Shown here: in pieces, positions 27,626 to 38,934 of the stretch
How positions within the stretch are numbered: position 1 is the stretch's first letter
Layout of the letters: every line of letters starts with the position of its first letter
DNA from: Pseudogymnoascus verrucosus
Taxonomy: Eukaryota
Assembly: GCA_001662655.1 (NCBI GenBank)
Contig: KV460206.1
Strand: one strand, 5' to 3'
DNA length: 64,000 bases
The notes under the pieces: model-generated
The model's database searches: none
Seen by the model: only the letters and a program-made list of their open reading frames with translations
What the model was told of the DNA's origin: nothing
Program-made: the position numbers and the translations under genes

Positions 27626-29092
27626 ATGCGGAAATTATTTAAAAATAGAGGGGTCTTCCGGAGGGACAAGGTCGAGGCTGAGGCGGCGACTACACCGAAG
27701 GGAACAGTTCCGGCGGCCGATGCAACCCTTCTGGCACACAAGCCCGACTTGTACTCCACGGAAGGATCTATCGGGATGAAGGTCGTGGCTGAACCTGGCG
27801 ATGCTGTTGTTGAGTATGTCTATTTCTATATCCCATCTGCATGTGCTGCCCAAAATTGTGGACAAGGACTCATCGTAGGCCAGTTGCTCGCAGCCCCTGG
27901 TATTGACGTTAACGCTGCTAATACGGCCGGCAAGACGCCGCTATGGGAAGCTGCAAGTCGCGGTTATGAGGCAACCGTAGCCCAACTGCTCGCTGCCCCT
28001 GGTATTGACGTTAATGCTGCTGATAACATCTTCGACCCCAACTGGGAGAGCTGGTGTGGCACTTGGGAGAGCGCCGTCTCGCCGCTCTGGAAGGCTGCAG
28101 ATCAAGGTCGTGCGGCAGTGGTAGCTCAGCTTCTTGCTGCCCCTAACATTGATATTAACGCTGAAAGTGCGGATGGCATAACGCCGCTCTGGCAGGCTGT
28201 AAGAATGGGGCGTAAGGACGTAGTAGGCCAGATGCTTGCTGCCCCTGGAATTAAAGTCAACATTGCAACTACGGGAGCAGGTATAACGGCGCTCAATTGT
28301 GCTGCAATTAGGGGGAGTAAGGAAATTCTAGACCAGCTGCTTGCTGCCCCTGGTATTGACGTTAATGCTGCTAGCAAGTCCGGCCGAACGCCGCTAATCT
28401 CTGCTGCAAGTTATGGGCGCGAGGGGGTCATAGGGAAACTACTCGCTGCTCCAAGTATTATCGACAATGCTGTTAATGCTGCTAACGAGAACGGCGAAAC
28501 GCTGCTCTGGTTGGCTGCGAGATATGGTAATGAGGTTGTCATAGGCGAGCTGCTCGCCGTCCCTGGCATTAACGTCAATGCTGCTAACAAGGACGCACAA
28601 ACGCCGCTCTTTATTGCTGCAAGTGAGGGGGACGATGAGGTTGTAGGCCAGCTGCTTTCTGCCCCTAGTATCGATGTTAATGCTGCTAACAAGGATGGAC
28701 AAACACCACTCTGGCATGCTGTATATTGGGGTTATGAGGCAATTATAGCCCAGCTGCTCGCTACCCCTAGTATTAACGTCAATGCTGCTGGAAAGGACGG
28801 CCACACGCCACTCTGGCTTGCTGCATGTGAGGGGTACAACGGGCTTGTAGGGCAGTTGCTCGCTGCCCCTGGCATTGACGTTAATATGACAGACAGTTCC
28901 GGCAATACCCCACTCATGTATGCTGCGTCTAATGGGTATGAGGCCATTGTAGGACAGTTGCTTGCTGCTCCTAACATCGACATCGACTATGTCAATACTC
29001 GGTACAGCATGACGGCGTCATCTCTTGCCCAAAGCTGTGGCCAGGTGGGCACTCTAAAGTTATTAGAAAGTAGAATAAGGTGTGGTGGCTGA
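27626..29092 (+). CDS. Ankyrin-repeat protein (11 similar repeats plus cap); possibly an internally deleted NLR
   Basis: Repeats of G.TPL..AA..G...VV.QLLAAPGIDVNAA with high nucleotide similarity between units. Confidence 0.85.
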   Translation: MRKLFKNRGVFRRDKVEAEAATTPKGTVPAADATLLAHKPDLYSTEGSIGMKVVAEPGDAVVEYVYFYIPSACAAQNCGQGLIVGQLLAAPGIDVNAANTAGKTPLWEAASRGYEATVAQLLAAPGIDVNAADNIFDPNWESWCGTWESAVSPLWKAADQGRAAVVAQLLAAPNIDINAESADGITPLWQAVRMGRKDVVGQMLAAPGIKVNIATTGAGITALNCAAIRGSKEILDQLLAAPGIDVNAASKSGRTPLISAASYGREGVIGKLLAAPSIIDNAVNAANENGETLLWLAARYGNEVVIGELLAVPGINVNAANKDAQTPLFIAASEGDDEVVGQLLSAPSIDVNAANKDGQTPLWHAVYWGYEAIIAQLLATPSINVNAAGKDGHTPLWLAACEGYNGLVGQLLAAPGIDVNMTDSSGNTPLMYAASNGYEAIVGQLLAAPNIDIDYVNTRYSMTASSLAQSCGQVGTLKLLESRIRCGG

Positions 29093-29462
29093 AAGTCTAG
29101 TCAAGGATTCTGCATATCCGCCTATGTTTGCAGCAACTGCAAGTCTCACCTTGGGCGATAATTGCTAGTATCGATCCCCAGATACGACAGCCTATCCTTA
29201 GACTTGTGGGTGCAAATATACTTCGAGGCTCTATATTTTGAAAAATGAATCTGAGGCGGTTTTGAATCTATGCAATGCACTCTGGTTTTGCCTATGGTAT
29301 GGATATGAAAGTGACAGTTGCTGGCAAAAACGTTATGGATTACTGTACACACATAAGTAATTAATTACCACGCGGGCGGCATCTTCAAGGAGAAATTAAC
29401 GAGCCCACTTTATCTGTGGATGGACAACATAACCGGAACAAGGCAGGCTCCACATCAGTACA

Positions 29463-29533
29463 GCATCAGTGGTTTAGTGGTAAAATCCATCGTTGCCATC
29501 GATGGGCCCCGTGTTCGATTCACGGCTGATGCA
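29463..29533 (+). tRNA. tRNA-Gly (GCC), intronless
   Basis: GCATCAG/CTGATGC acceptor stem, A-box TGGTTTAGTGG, anticodon stem CCATCG/CGATGG around TTGCCAT, T-loop GTTCGAT, discriminator A. Confidence 0.97.
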
Positions 29534-29816
29534 TTTCAATTAAGAAGCTCCAATTCGGAGTGTATATATTTTGCAATTTTTGATATTTTGGTTGTTGTGT
29601 GTGTGAAGTTCTTGCCGAGAATGAAAATTTTCGACGTCTGGGCGGTCTTTGGGGATTAATATTTTTTTAAACATAGATCTGCAGATTGTGGAGGCCAGAG
29701 TCCGCCCCATTAATGTTAAATCGCAAGCTGCAAGTTATTTTGTCGGCCATCAGCTCTGAATGATGGGCGAGAGGATCTCTCAACCGCAATTTTTATCGTC
29801 GGTGATCACTTGGCTT

Positions 29817-30767
29817 CTAATTCTGAATATCAGTAGATTCCCAGCCTCCCCCCGCAAGATACTGAGACTCCGGCATGATGGGTCGTTCCCAAGGCATATA
29901 ACTAAGAACCTTGATTTCTGCCATAGTACGGACGGGTTTCAGTAAAGGCTTCCTCCGATACTTATCAATCCTCTCCGCCATCAATTCTCGGTTTCTTTCC
30001 TTAACCTTCGTGCTCAAGATCCAATTCCTCGCTGGCTTCCAGTCGAGAAAAAGACAACGGATGAAGTTCCTGACTTGCCACTCTGGGGCTCCTCCATTGT
30101 CAAGGTTAGTCCTGATCTGTTCTCTGCGCTGGTCAAGGAGGGCGTTGAGGTGGTCTTCGATCGTGGGGATGAAGATGGGGATATCTCTCCTCATGATTTT
30201 AGCTCGTGCTTGGATAGGTAGCAAGAGACGGAGATTCCTTTCTTCGAAGTATCGAAGGAGTGGTGGCCCGAAGCGTCGACATGGGTCCCGGTGGTACTCT
30301 TCTTCGAGGAGCACGCTGTCTCGTACGTAGACATCAGATACTTCGATTTTGTGGCAGCCAACAAAAAGGTGGTACAGTTCTTCTGGCCATAATCGGATAT
30401 ATTCAAATTGTGGATCTAAGAAAGTAGCTTTGAGCCAGGCGTCCCGAACATGAGTTTCGTTTCTCGTGGTTTGACCATAGTTTTCGGAGATTTCCCAGTC
30501 ATTAGTTTCGACAAGACCATCTACGAGGGTTTGCAAATGTGTCGGTCGAACTAGTACATCGATCTCCTTCCGTGGGGAATTCCTACTGCCACTCCATATC
30601 ATCGCCAAGGTGCTGACCAGTATAAAAGGCTGGCCGTGACGTTCGAAAACTGAGAGCGCGGTATCTAGATACCCCGGGCACACAGACCATAAGTCACTAA
30701 TAAATTCTGGATTTAAATTGTTGGTATCGAGAAGCGACGACTGCTCTGATGGGCGTATAGACTCCAT
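29817..30767 (-). CDS. Hypothetical protein (316 aa), possible nucleotidyltransferase-like fold
   Basis: Uninterrupted ATG-started ORF. 'ILVSTLAMIWSG......EIDVLV' loosely resembles the NTase hhG.A...D.D motif. Confidence 0.55.
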   Translation of the reverse strand: MESIRPSEQSSLLDTNNLNPEFISDLWSVCPGYLDTALSVFERHGQPFILVSTLAMIWSGSRNSPRKEIDVLVRPTHLQTLVDGLVETNDWEISENYGQTTRNETHVRDAWLKATFLDPQFEYIRLWPEELYHLFVGCHKIEVSDVYVRDSVLLEEEYHRDPCRRFGPPLLRYFEERNLRLLLPIQARAKIMRRDIPIFIPTIEDHLNALLDQRREQIRTNLDNGGAPEWQVRNFIRCLFLDWKPARNWILSTKVKERNRELMAERIDKYRRKPLLKPVRTMAEIKVLSYMPWERPIMPESQYLAGGGWESTDIQN

Positions 30768-31419
30768 CCCATCGAGCGTTTAGAACACCACATGCAAGAG
30801 ATAGGTGAGTGCGTCGGTATTAGCAAGCATGTCCGTCTCAAAATAGAAATTTAGGTAGCGCAAACGCTTATTATAAGAAATAGTTATTAAATTAAGGGCT
30901 AGGGATAGACTATAATAGAGCCATCCGGCTAACTAAGAGACGTGAAAGATGCATATGAAACCACTTTCCAAACGTAATTCTCATTAACACGTGACCTATA
31001 TATATCTTCTGGATTATGTTCATCTCTTCTGAAAATATCTATTGTCAAATATGATCATAATGCGGAGAATTATATTATTAGTTGCTTGTTATAGTGGCCA
31101 AGCTTTCTTATTCCCCGACGGAGCCGTATTCTCCGTCTTCGCCTGGGAAGATCATCATTAGCAAATTTGCCAGGGCCCAGCACTATAGGCGAACATAAAT
31201 AGTTGGTGGAAATAGAGGAGGAGAGCGTGCATAACGTGGAAGCATCCTTAATTTACAGCAAAGTCATGGCGGGGATTTGTTATCATGGGGTAAGGATCGA
31301 ACCTTGGGGTTTTTGGAAAAGTATTTATTCTGCATGCTGGCGCGCTCAATAATAAAAGATGATACATTGGAGAAGATTGATATTTGTATTTCAAATCGAT
31401 TGACCATCTAACCTTCACG

Positions 31420-32704
31420 ATGGTTGAAACATACCTTCTGCGTCCTGCCGTTCTCTTGGCCGTCTTGTTCACTGGTAGCCAGGCCAAGGATATTTACGTC
31501 TCGCCAACCGGCAGTGGCTCCGGGACTTCCACCTCGCCGTACGGCTCCATCCAATCTGCCGTGAACGCCGCTGTTGCCGGTGACAACATTCTGCTACGTG
31601 CCGGAACGTATAAGCCGACGACGAATATCCAGATCACGAAGAGCGGAACCCGCACGGCGCCCATTACTCTCCGGTCATATGAGAAAGAGAAGGTCATCCT
31701 TGATGGCGAGTCTCTGCCAGGGTATGTCTTGCTCTTGATAGTCTTTTTATCCTATGATCTGACTTCTGTTACTAGGACCCCCTACGGCCTAGATGAATCC
31801 CTGCCGAACAAGGAAAGGGGCATCATGCATATTGAGGGTGGTAATTACTGGAAGTTTTACAACCTTGAGTAAATTGCAATGGCCACATTGATTACACGAA
31901 GAGACTGACCATAGTAGACTAATCAACGGACCCTATGGTATCTACTCTCGGGACTCTTCTCATAATTACTATGAACTTCTCTCCACTCATGATAATTACG
32001 AATCTGGCTTTCAAATGCAGGGCACCGCCTCTAACAACACTATCATCTACCTTGACTCCTACCGCAACCGCGATCCTCGCAAAAATGGCGAGTCTGCTGA
32101 TGGCTTTGCCTTGAAGGAGGGCTCTGGGGAGGGTAATGTGCTTCGTAATGCCCGTCTGTGGGACAATGTCGACGATGGCCTCGACCTCTACATGTTCGGA
32201 TCGCCCGTGACAATTGAGGAGGTATACTCGTGGGGCAACGGCTTCAACCTTTGGGGATTCAGCGACTTCAATGGCGACGGCAATGGATTCAAACTCGGCA
32301 TCACGAACAACCCACCCGCCAACCATATTGTGCGCAACTCAATGGCTTGGGGCAATGCGAAGAAGGGATTCATCGACAATGGGAACCCAGGGAGCCTGAA
32401 GGTTGAGCGTAACACAGCATGGAATAACGGTGACAACGGCTTCACCTTCCGTAGCTCCTCGTCAGCAATGACTGCCAACATCGCGACCAAAAACGTCAAT
32501 GCCCAGGTTAGCTTGACGGGACCTGTGGTGGCATCGGGCAACTCGTGGCAGATTGGCGGAGACTGGTCTGATAGTGCATTCAAGAGTGTCAACTCGGCGA
32601 CTCTAAAGGGCGCTCGAGGTGCTGATGGGCGAGTGCCAGCGAGTGATTTCTTGATACCTGTTTCTGGCCAGGCTATTGGAGCTACCACAAGACAGAATGT
32701 GTGA
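31420..32704 (+). CDS. Secreted PL9-family pectate lyase (PelL-like); introns 31722-31775 and 31869-31917
   Basis: Signal peptide, IYVSPTGSGSGT...PYGSIQ, DSYRNRDPRKNGESADGFALKEGSG (catalytic Lys), NVDDGLD and GDGNGFKLG beta-helix motifs. Confidence 0.92.
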
Positions 32705-33241
32705 GCTAGAAGCTTGAGTGTTAAAGGAATAAAAGATAAATCAAGATCTTGATACTTGAGATCCCAACGAAGGACACCTTTCCTCCATGGTAGGTGTACT
32801 GCAACCTAGATTGTATTTGGGGAACTCGGGAATGAGCCTTGGGATACAGGCGCATTTGGCCCTCAGATGGCAGGTTTCCCTGGCCGCTCACTCCGACTCC
32901 GCGGTTGGCTCGGGTTCGGTGGTGGCTTCTGCCCCTGTATGCAGCCACTGAATTCCATCACAACTGAAGCTGAGAGCCTTTAGCTCGTCGGCATCTTTGT
33001 GGGTCCGCCCGAGGTCTATATAATATGTACGTAGGCCCGTAGTTAGTATGGTAATTCAATTGATCCATTTATTCTATACACTATAGTCTACTGTTGAGCT
33101 TCTGCCCTTTTATGTGTATCCCTTAACGCCTGCCTTGTACTTTTGGACCGTAGGCATCTAGAGCAGCAACGCATACATCACGCACCAATTAGGGTATCTA
33201 ACTATACAATACAGCACCTCTCGCACAAATATGCCCACTCC

Positions 33242-34024
33242 CTACCACTCGTAGCCTCCCGCAACAGCAGCGATCCCCGCAAGCGCAGCCACCCACATCT
33301 CCGCGCTCAAGCGTCCCATCCCACCACTCGGCGCGTCCGTCGATGTCGGAGTCGCGCTTCCCACAGCCGTTTCCGCGAGGGTCGTAGCCGCTAGCTTCGT
33401 CGCGGTCGAAGCCCCCGTAACCGCCAGCCCCGTCGTCATCAACACCCCCGTAGCCGCCAGCTCCGTCGTGCTCGACCCCCCCGTAGCCACCCCCGTCGGC
33501 GCCAGCTCAGCAGTCATAAGCGCTTCGGCATAGCATGCACCAACGACATAGGTGTCTTGAATCCACCTCTCGCCGTCTCCATCACGCCACCGGCCATGCT
33601 CCCAAGTATTAGGGCAATTGTCCCTCATGTAGACAAGCGCAGAGCTATGCTCCATCCACCATGAGTACGCCTGGCTAGCGTATATCGAATAGGCCGGGAG
33701 GACGCTTGTCGGCGCAGCAGTAGTGAAGCCGCACCAGTCTGACGCGGCATAGGACGGGCATCTGTCAACGTCGGTGGCAGTAACAGTAGCAGTAGCAGTG
33801 ATGCATGACTTGTACAGCTTCCAGCCGTAGAATTGGATCTCGTCGGCCAGAGAGCCGGTTGGCTTGGGCACGTCCAAACCCTCCTGGGTTAGGAACTCGG
33901 TAGGACAACCCTCTGGGTCGACGGCTCGGGGGGCGCGGGTGATGGCCGCTGGGACGGTCTCTGCACTGGTCGCGGTGACGACGCAGGTTGTGAGGGCAAT
34001 CAGGAGGAGGGTAGGAGGATGCAT
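33242..34024 (-). CDS. Secreted, probably GPI-anchored Cys/Thr-rich cell-surface protein
   Basis: ATG at 34024 starts a signal peptide. Cys-containing domain (WCGFTTAAPTSVLPAYSIYASQAYSWW...CPNTW), Thr/Ala-rich stalk and a hydrophobic C-terminal GPI-like signal. Confidence 0.75.
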   Translation of the reverse strand: MHPPTLLLIALTTCVVTATSAETVPAAITRAPRAVDPEGCPTEFLTQEGLDVPKPTGSLADEIQFYGWKLYKSCITATATVTATDVDRCPSYAASDWCGFTTAAPTSVLPAYSIYASQAYSWWMEHSSALVYMRDNCPNTWEHGRWRDGDGERWIQDTYVVGACYAEALMTAELAPTGVATGGSSTTELAATGVLMTTGLAVTGASTATKLAATTLAETAVGSATPTSTDAPSGGMGRLSAEMWVAALAGIAAVAGGYEW

Positions 34025-34608
34025 GTTGGCGACGTCGCAACATATATCTAGGAGACACGTTTGCGGCAAGGAATTAGAAGGAAAACACTTAGGCCTGCGG
34101 CGTAGCAGCTAGCAGCCGCCGCGTCAAAAGCACAATTTTTGCCAAGAAGCTCATCTCCGCACCCAAGCCAGATCGTTCACAGCGTCGCCTCTAAATCTGC
34201 TTGTTGAGAGCAATTGCGAGATTCTGGGAATTACACACAAAATCGTGTGATAATCTCCGGTTCCCGTGATAAGCTCCTACGGGCAGCCAGACAGATGCTT
34301 CGGCAGCAGTAGAGTACAGCATATGGGGCAATATAATTAATTGAATTACTACCTAATCTACGGGCTACGTACAGTATTTGTAGGCCTGGGGGAAACCCCC
34401 AAAGCCCTGAAGAAGTTGCTTCTTCTGCCCCCTGGCTGTGGTGAGACATTGAGTGTAATTACCACCCAATGCCCAAGCCAATAGGGGAGCCGGACAATCC
34501 CACGGAGAAAAGTGGCCATTTTGGCGGTAAAAGCCTGCCGTATCCCACGGGAATGTCGGTTTCCCCCAACACTGTTAGTGACGAGTACTGTGCGCCGGCC
34601 CCAACCAT

Positions 34609-34780
34609 CATATGTGCCAATACGCGATTGGCCTACAACAAAGCATCAGTGGTTTGGTAGTATAAATCCATCGTTGCCATGATAAATACATGAAGTCTTT
34701 CGGGCCCCGTAACGCCGGTTTATATCTCCTGGGTGTCTCTTCTGTGAATCTTGAAAAGCAGCAATTTCTGGCGCTTGGCC
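34609..34780 (+). repeat. tRNA-Gly-derived direct repeat, copy A
   Basis: 34643-34680 matches the tRNA-Gly 5' half (GCATCAGTGGTTT..AAATCCATCGTTGCCAT). Flanks on both sides align with copy B at 41549-41710. Confidence 0.9.
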
Positions 34781-35130
34781 GCCTGAACATGTGTTTCCCA
34801 AAAGCTGCCTTCAACAGCAGCCATAACACGTAGCATATCCTTTGCTATCATCATGTTGGAGATAGGACCGTGCGTCGTACAGTAAAGACACAATAAATGT
34901 TATTTATAGTTTCTATATCCTGCTAAAGCAGAAACAACTTGCTTAAGTTTTAAGTAGCAGCATTAGCATCTATGTGCTCCATTTCTAGACCTTTTGTACA
35001 CAGTTGACGTTTATAACGAGGCAAACTAAGGCTTAAACATATACTCTCTAGTAGTCACTGTGCATAAACCTCGAAAACCATATAAGTAAATTCTATGCCG
35101 AATTAAAAGGTCGCGTGAGTGAAGTCAAAG

Positions 35131-36279
35131 TCAAGAAGGCAAATTTCCGCCAACAACAGCATACACCGCATTAACGTAGGCCGCAGTGCTTTCGTTTCCT
35201 AAAGTACCAACCCCCATCTTGTTCATGGCATAGCTGATCGTCATCCGCCGATCCAAGTCCATGACTACTGTCGACCCACCCCAACCACACCAGAAACAGA
35301 TGCGGCCCTCTGGAACCCACGGCACTGTCTGCGGCACGGGCAGGCCAACTCCCAAGCCAAATCGCAAGAACGTGCCAAGAACTAGGTCTTGACCGCGGAT
35401 CCGTTCGTGCATCATTTGGTCCACGGTCTGAGGCGATATATACTGCTTTCCATCCACTGTCCCTGCCAGCGATACGATTGATCCAATGCGGCACAGCGAT
35501 CGAGCATTCCCAAATCCATTTGCGGCGCCTACCTCAGCTTCTCTGAACTCCCGTGTTGATGAATATTCGGCTTTGATAACGGGGCCACACATGGCTCTAA
35601 CCATAATACTATTTGGATCAAGGCCGTCTAGAGGTATCGCCGGCGGTGCGATAACATCTGCAGTACGCGGATAGTCTTTCTCTTCGAGTCCGAGACGGAA
35701 GTCTGCTTCTAAGGGAACCGTAATCTCATCGGCTATGAACTGTTTGAGCGTCTTCCCTGTTATCCGACGGACTAGTTCGCCTACGAAATGGCCCTGATTG
35801 AAAAGATGGTATCCTGAGTGTTCTCCGGGGGTCCACCAGGGCGACTGCTGTGCTAGTTTCTCTGCTGCGCTTTTGCTGGAATAAGTCTCTTGAATGGTGA
35901 TTGGCTGCTCCCAGGACGGCACGCCAGATGCGTGGCTGAGAATATGGCCAACTGTAATGTCTTCCTTTCCAGATGCTCCAAACTCGGGCCAGTAGTTAGA
36001 AACCTTCTTTTCAGGATCTAACAAGCCACGATCAATAAGAATAGCCGCGGCTAATGCAGTGACAATCTTGGAACAAGACCAGACCACGATCAGCGTATCT
36101 TCATCCCATGGCTTCGTCTTTGTCGCGTCCGCATGACCACCCCAGAGGTCGATCACGTTTATTCCATCAATGTTGACACAAAGAGATGCCCCCAGCTCCT
36201 TATCGGCAGTGATGTGCTCTTGGAACACATTGCGAACGTGATCGAAACCGGCGTTGCAGTGGCCATGCACCGTAGCCAT
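35131..36279 (-). CDS. Beta-lactamase/transpeptidase-like serine hydrolase (family VIII esterase, 382 aa)
   Basis: ATG at 36279 (MATVHGHC); the ORF-track extension upstream runs through a minisatellite. SxxK motif (WSCSK), LSHASG, GYH catalytic Tyr, FWCGWGGS. Intronless. Confidence 0.9.
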   Translation of the reverse strand: MATVHGHCNAGFDHVRNVFQEHITADKELGASLCVNIDGINVIDLWGGHADATKTKPWDEDTLIVVWSCSKIVTALAAAILIDRGLLDPEKKVSNYWPEFGASGKEDITVGHILSHASGVPSWEQPITIQETYSSKSAAEKLAQQSPWWTPGEHSGYHLFNQGHFVGELVRRITGKTLKQFIADEITVPLEADFRLGLEEKDYPRTADVIAPPAIPLDGLDPNSIMVRAMCGPVIKAEYSSTREFREAEVGAANGFGNARSLCRIGSIVSLAGTVDGKQYISPQTVDQMMHERIRGQDLVLGTFLRFGLGVGLPVPQTVPWVPEGRICFWCGWGGSTVVMDLDRRMTISYAMNKMGVGTLGNESTAAYVNAVYAVVGGNLPS

Positions 36280-36432
36280 TGTGAGGAAAGAAAACTTAAA
36301 AGGCCGGTTCAGTCGGGGATGGTGGCGTAGGAGCGATGCACATTTTCTGGTTGAAAGAAAAAAAAGTAATAAGAGACACACGTATGTAATTAATATGGAC
36401 GACCAAAACAATTTTGGCGCGCAGTCGACTCT

Positions 36433-36650
36433 ATCGATGCCCGCCGAGTCGATACCTGTCGAGTCAATACCTATCGAGTCGATACCCGTCGAGTCGATGC
36501 CATTTGAGTCGATGTTCATCAAGTCGATACCTATTGACCTAACATCTACGCCTGCGACTAACTGGGACAATCAAAGCCAGCTTATCCTGTCCTTCGAGTC
36601 GATGCCCATCGAGTCGATACCTGTCGACCTAACATGTGCGCCTACGACGT
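36433..36650. repeat. 15-bp minisatellite (consensus GTCGATACCTGTCGA), 7 + 2 units, each block followed by a CCTAACAT..CGCCT.CGAC tail
   Basis: Units start at 36433, 36448, 36463, 36478, 36493, 36508, 36523 and at 36598, 36613. Confidence 0.9.
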
Positions 36651-36758
36651 AAAGATAGATATTAAGAGGTGGTCCCTGCCAGCTGCCCGAGTAGAACGTT
36701 TATTAAAAACTACATCTTCTATTATATCATATTTCCCCGCTGCTCATACCAAAACAAA

Positions 36759-38561
36759 ATGGGTAGCATTAGCGACGAGGGCGTCAAACTGCAGTTTGAC
36801 CCCAAAGTGATCGAAAAAAAGTATATCGAAGAGCGCGACAAACGCCTTCGCGATGATGGTATCGACCAGTATGTGCGTTTGGATCAAGAGAGACAATCAG
36901 ATCTATATGCAGGTTCACCTAGTCCTCGGGACCCTATTAAGAAAGAAGTTGACTTCCTAATCATGGGAGGTGGGTGGGGTGGTCTTCTTATTGCTGTGAG
37001 ATTGATTCAAATGGGAATCACCAACATCAAAATTGTGGAAAAGGCAGGGGACTTTGGTGGCGTGTGGTATTGGAACAGATACCCCGGGGCGGCCTGTGAC
37101 ACCGAATCGTATATTTACATGCCACTGCTAGAAGAGATGGGTTATATACCAGTCGAAAAGTACGCAAAGTCGCCTGAGCTGCGGAAGCATGCCCGTGCCA
37201 TTGGCACCAAATTCGGCCTGTACGACAAAGCCCTCTTCCAGACCGAATTACTTGCACTTGACTGGGATGAGGAAAGTAAGCGTTGGGCGGGAACAACAAA
37301 CCGTAACGACAACATCAGGGCCAAATTCGTGGCAACGGCAAGCGGCCCACTGCACAATGCAAAGGTTCCAAGGATTCCTGGCTTAGAGACGTTCAAAGGA
37401 CATTCCTTCCATACCAATCGCTGGGACTACGCTTATACCGGAGGGGATACCCTGGGAAACTTAGACAAGATATCAGATAAGCGTATCGGTATCATTGGGA
37501 CAGGAGCAACATCAGTTCAAGCGATCCCGCATCTCGCAGCAGGTGCCAAACATCTCTACGTGTTCCAGCGCACTCCATCCTCTGTTGACGTTCGAAACAA
37601 CCAACCTACTGACCCGAAATGGGTTGACAGCTTAACGCCTGGATGGCAAAAGCGGAGGATGGAGAACTTCAACACTATTGTCACTGGTGGCCACGCCGAC
37701 GAAGACCTGGTTGGGGACAACTGGACCGACATTATTCGTAAACTGTCGGTTTTGGGTGGGAAAAATCAATCAACAGCTTCAGCAGACAATGCGGCGGCCC
37801 GACAGCTCGCTGATTTTCAAAAGATGGACGAAATTCGTGCTCGGATAGACAACACAGTTCTCGATCCAGCGACTGCTGAGAAGCTGAAGCCATGGTACAA
37901 TCAGTTCTGCAAGCGACCCTGCTTTCACGACACTTATCTTCCTGCATTTAATAACCCTAATGTTACTTTGGTAGACACCGATGGTCAAGGTGTCGAGAAA
38001 ATCACCGAAGAGGGCATTGTTGCTGGTGGAAAAACCTACGAGCTTGACTGTATTATTTACGCCACCGGGTTTGAATTTGTCGTCAACCATACAAACAAGT
38101 CTTCACTTACTATTCGAGGTCGTGAAGGACTTGAACTTTCAGAGAAGTGGAAATCTGGTGCATCTACACTCCATGGCCTTCATAGCAGGGGGTTCCCTAA
38201 CCTTTTTATCGTCAGCCTTATGCAATCGGGCCTTACCCCTAATCTAACCCATATGCTTGACGAGCAGGCCATCCATATTGCCTACATCGCTTCGTACTGT
38301 GTGGAGAATGGCATCGAAGCCGTGGAAGCCACAGCAGAGGCCGAAAACAAATGGGTTCAGACTGTTGTTGAGCTTGCGAGACTTCAACAAGAATTCACGA
38401 AACAATGCACACCCGGCTACTACAACAATGAAGGGAAGGTATCTGACGTGGTGCTTCGAAATTCCTGGTACGGACTCGGATCCCCCGCCTTCATTGAACT
38501 CCTACGGAAGTGGCGAAAGGAAGGGAAACTCGATGGCCTCGCATACGAGACAGCACACTGA
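36759..38561 (+). CDS. Type I Baeyer-Villiger monooxygenase (FAD/NADPH, 600 aa)
   Basis: ATG at 36759. GGGWGG Rossmann motif, GGVWYWNRYPGAACD, BVMO fingerprint FKGHSFHTNRWD, GTGATS, CKRP, ATGF. Intronless. Confidence 0.93.
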   Translation: MGSISDEGVKLQFDPKVIEKKYIEERDKRLRDDGIDQYVRLDQERQSDLYAGSPSPRDPIKKEVDFLIMGGGWGGLLIAVRLIQMGITNIKIVEKAGDFGGVWYWNRYPGAACDTESYIYMPLLEEMGYIPVEKYAKSPELRKHARAIGTKFGLYDKALFQTELLALDWDEESKRWAGTTNRNDNIRAKFVATASGPLHNAKVPRIPGLETFKGHSFHTNRWDYAYTGGDTLGNLDKISDKRIGIIGTGATSVQAIPHLAAGAKHLYVFQRTPSSVDVRNNQPTDPKWVDSLTPGWQKRRMENFNTIVTGGHADEDLVGDNWTDIIRKLSVLGGKNQSTASADNAAARQLADFQKMDEIRARIDNTVLDPATAEKLKPWYNQFCKRPCFHDTYLPAFNNPNVTLVDTDGQGVEKITEEGIVAGGKTYELDCIIYATGFEFVVNHTNKSSLTIRGREGLELSEKWKSGASTLHGLHSRGFPNLFIVSLMQSGLTPNLTHMLDEQAIHIAYIASYCVENGIEAVEATAEAENKWVQTVVELARLQQEFTKQCTPGYYNNEGKVSDVVLRNSWYGLGSPAFIELLRKWRKEGKLDGLAYETAH

Positions 38562-38804
38562 TTGTTTTGGAAGTGCATTTCGTGTGTTTCCCTCACTACT
38601 CACTACCCAATCTCTATCTTTTCTTGCTCACTGTACTCAATTACTTAAACATTAGCTGACTAAATAGATAGTGTTAATAGTACATGTTTCATGACCTGTC
38701 TTGCAATGGCTTGACGACAACGTACTAGGCTCGCGCGATAGAGCAGCTGTCTCTGTATTCTACAGACTAATCTCTTCCCTCCTATATACAATTTGTCGGG
38801 GGCG

Positions 38805-38934
38805 TGTCACCCCCAACTCGCCCCCGGCCCACCACTATACGTAGCAAGGGCTGTATGGTTAATGCCTTAGGCTGTTAGCTCGCACCAGTCCGCCCTCGAG
38901 TCAGCCCCGACATAGGCCCTACGCACCCGTGACA
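38805..38934. repeat. Possible short LTR remnant
   Basis: Bounded by TGTCAC...GTGACA inverted termini. No TSD found. Confidence 0.3.

Noticed and set aside
34643..34720. Repeat copies A and B as functional intron-containing tRNA-Gly genes
   Set aside because: The 3' anticodon stem, canonical T-loop and 3' acceptor strand (CTGATGC) are missing, so no cloverleaf can form.
36280..36570. N-terminal GIDS-repeat extension of the esterase in the ORF track
   Set aside because: It starts at TTG and is only the translation of the minisatellite. Family similarity begins at ATG 36279.
36433..36650. Repeat array as a CRISPR
   Set aside because: The 15-bp units are contiguous with no unique spacers, the context is eukaryotic, and no cas genes are present.
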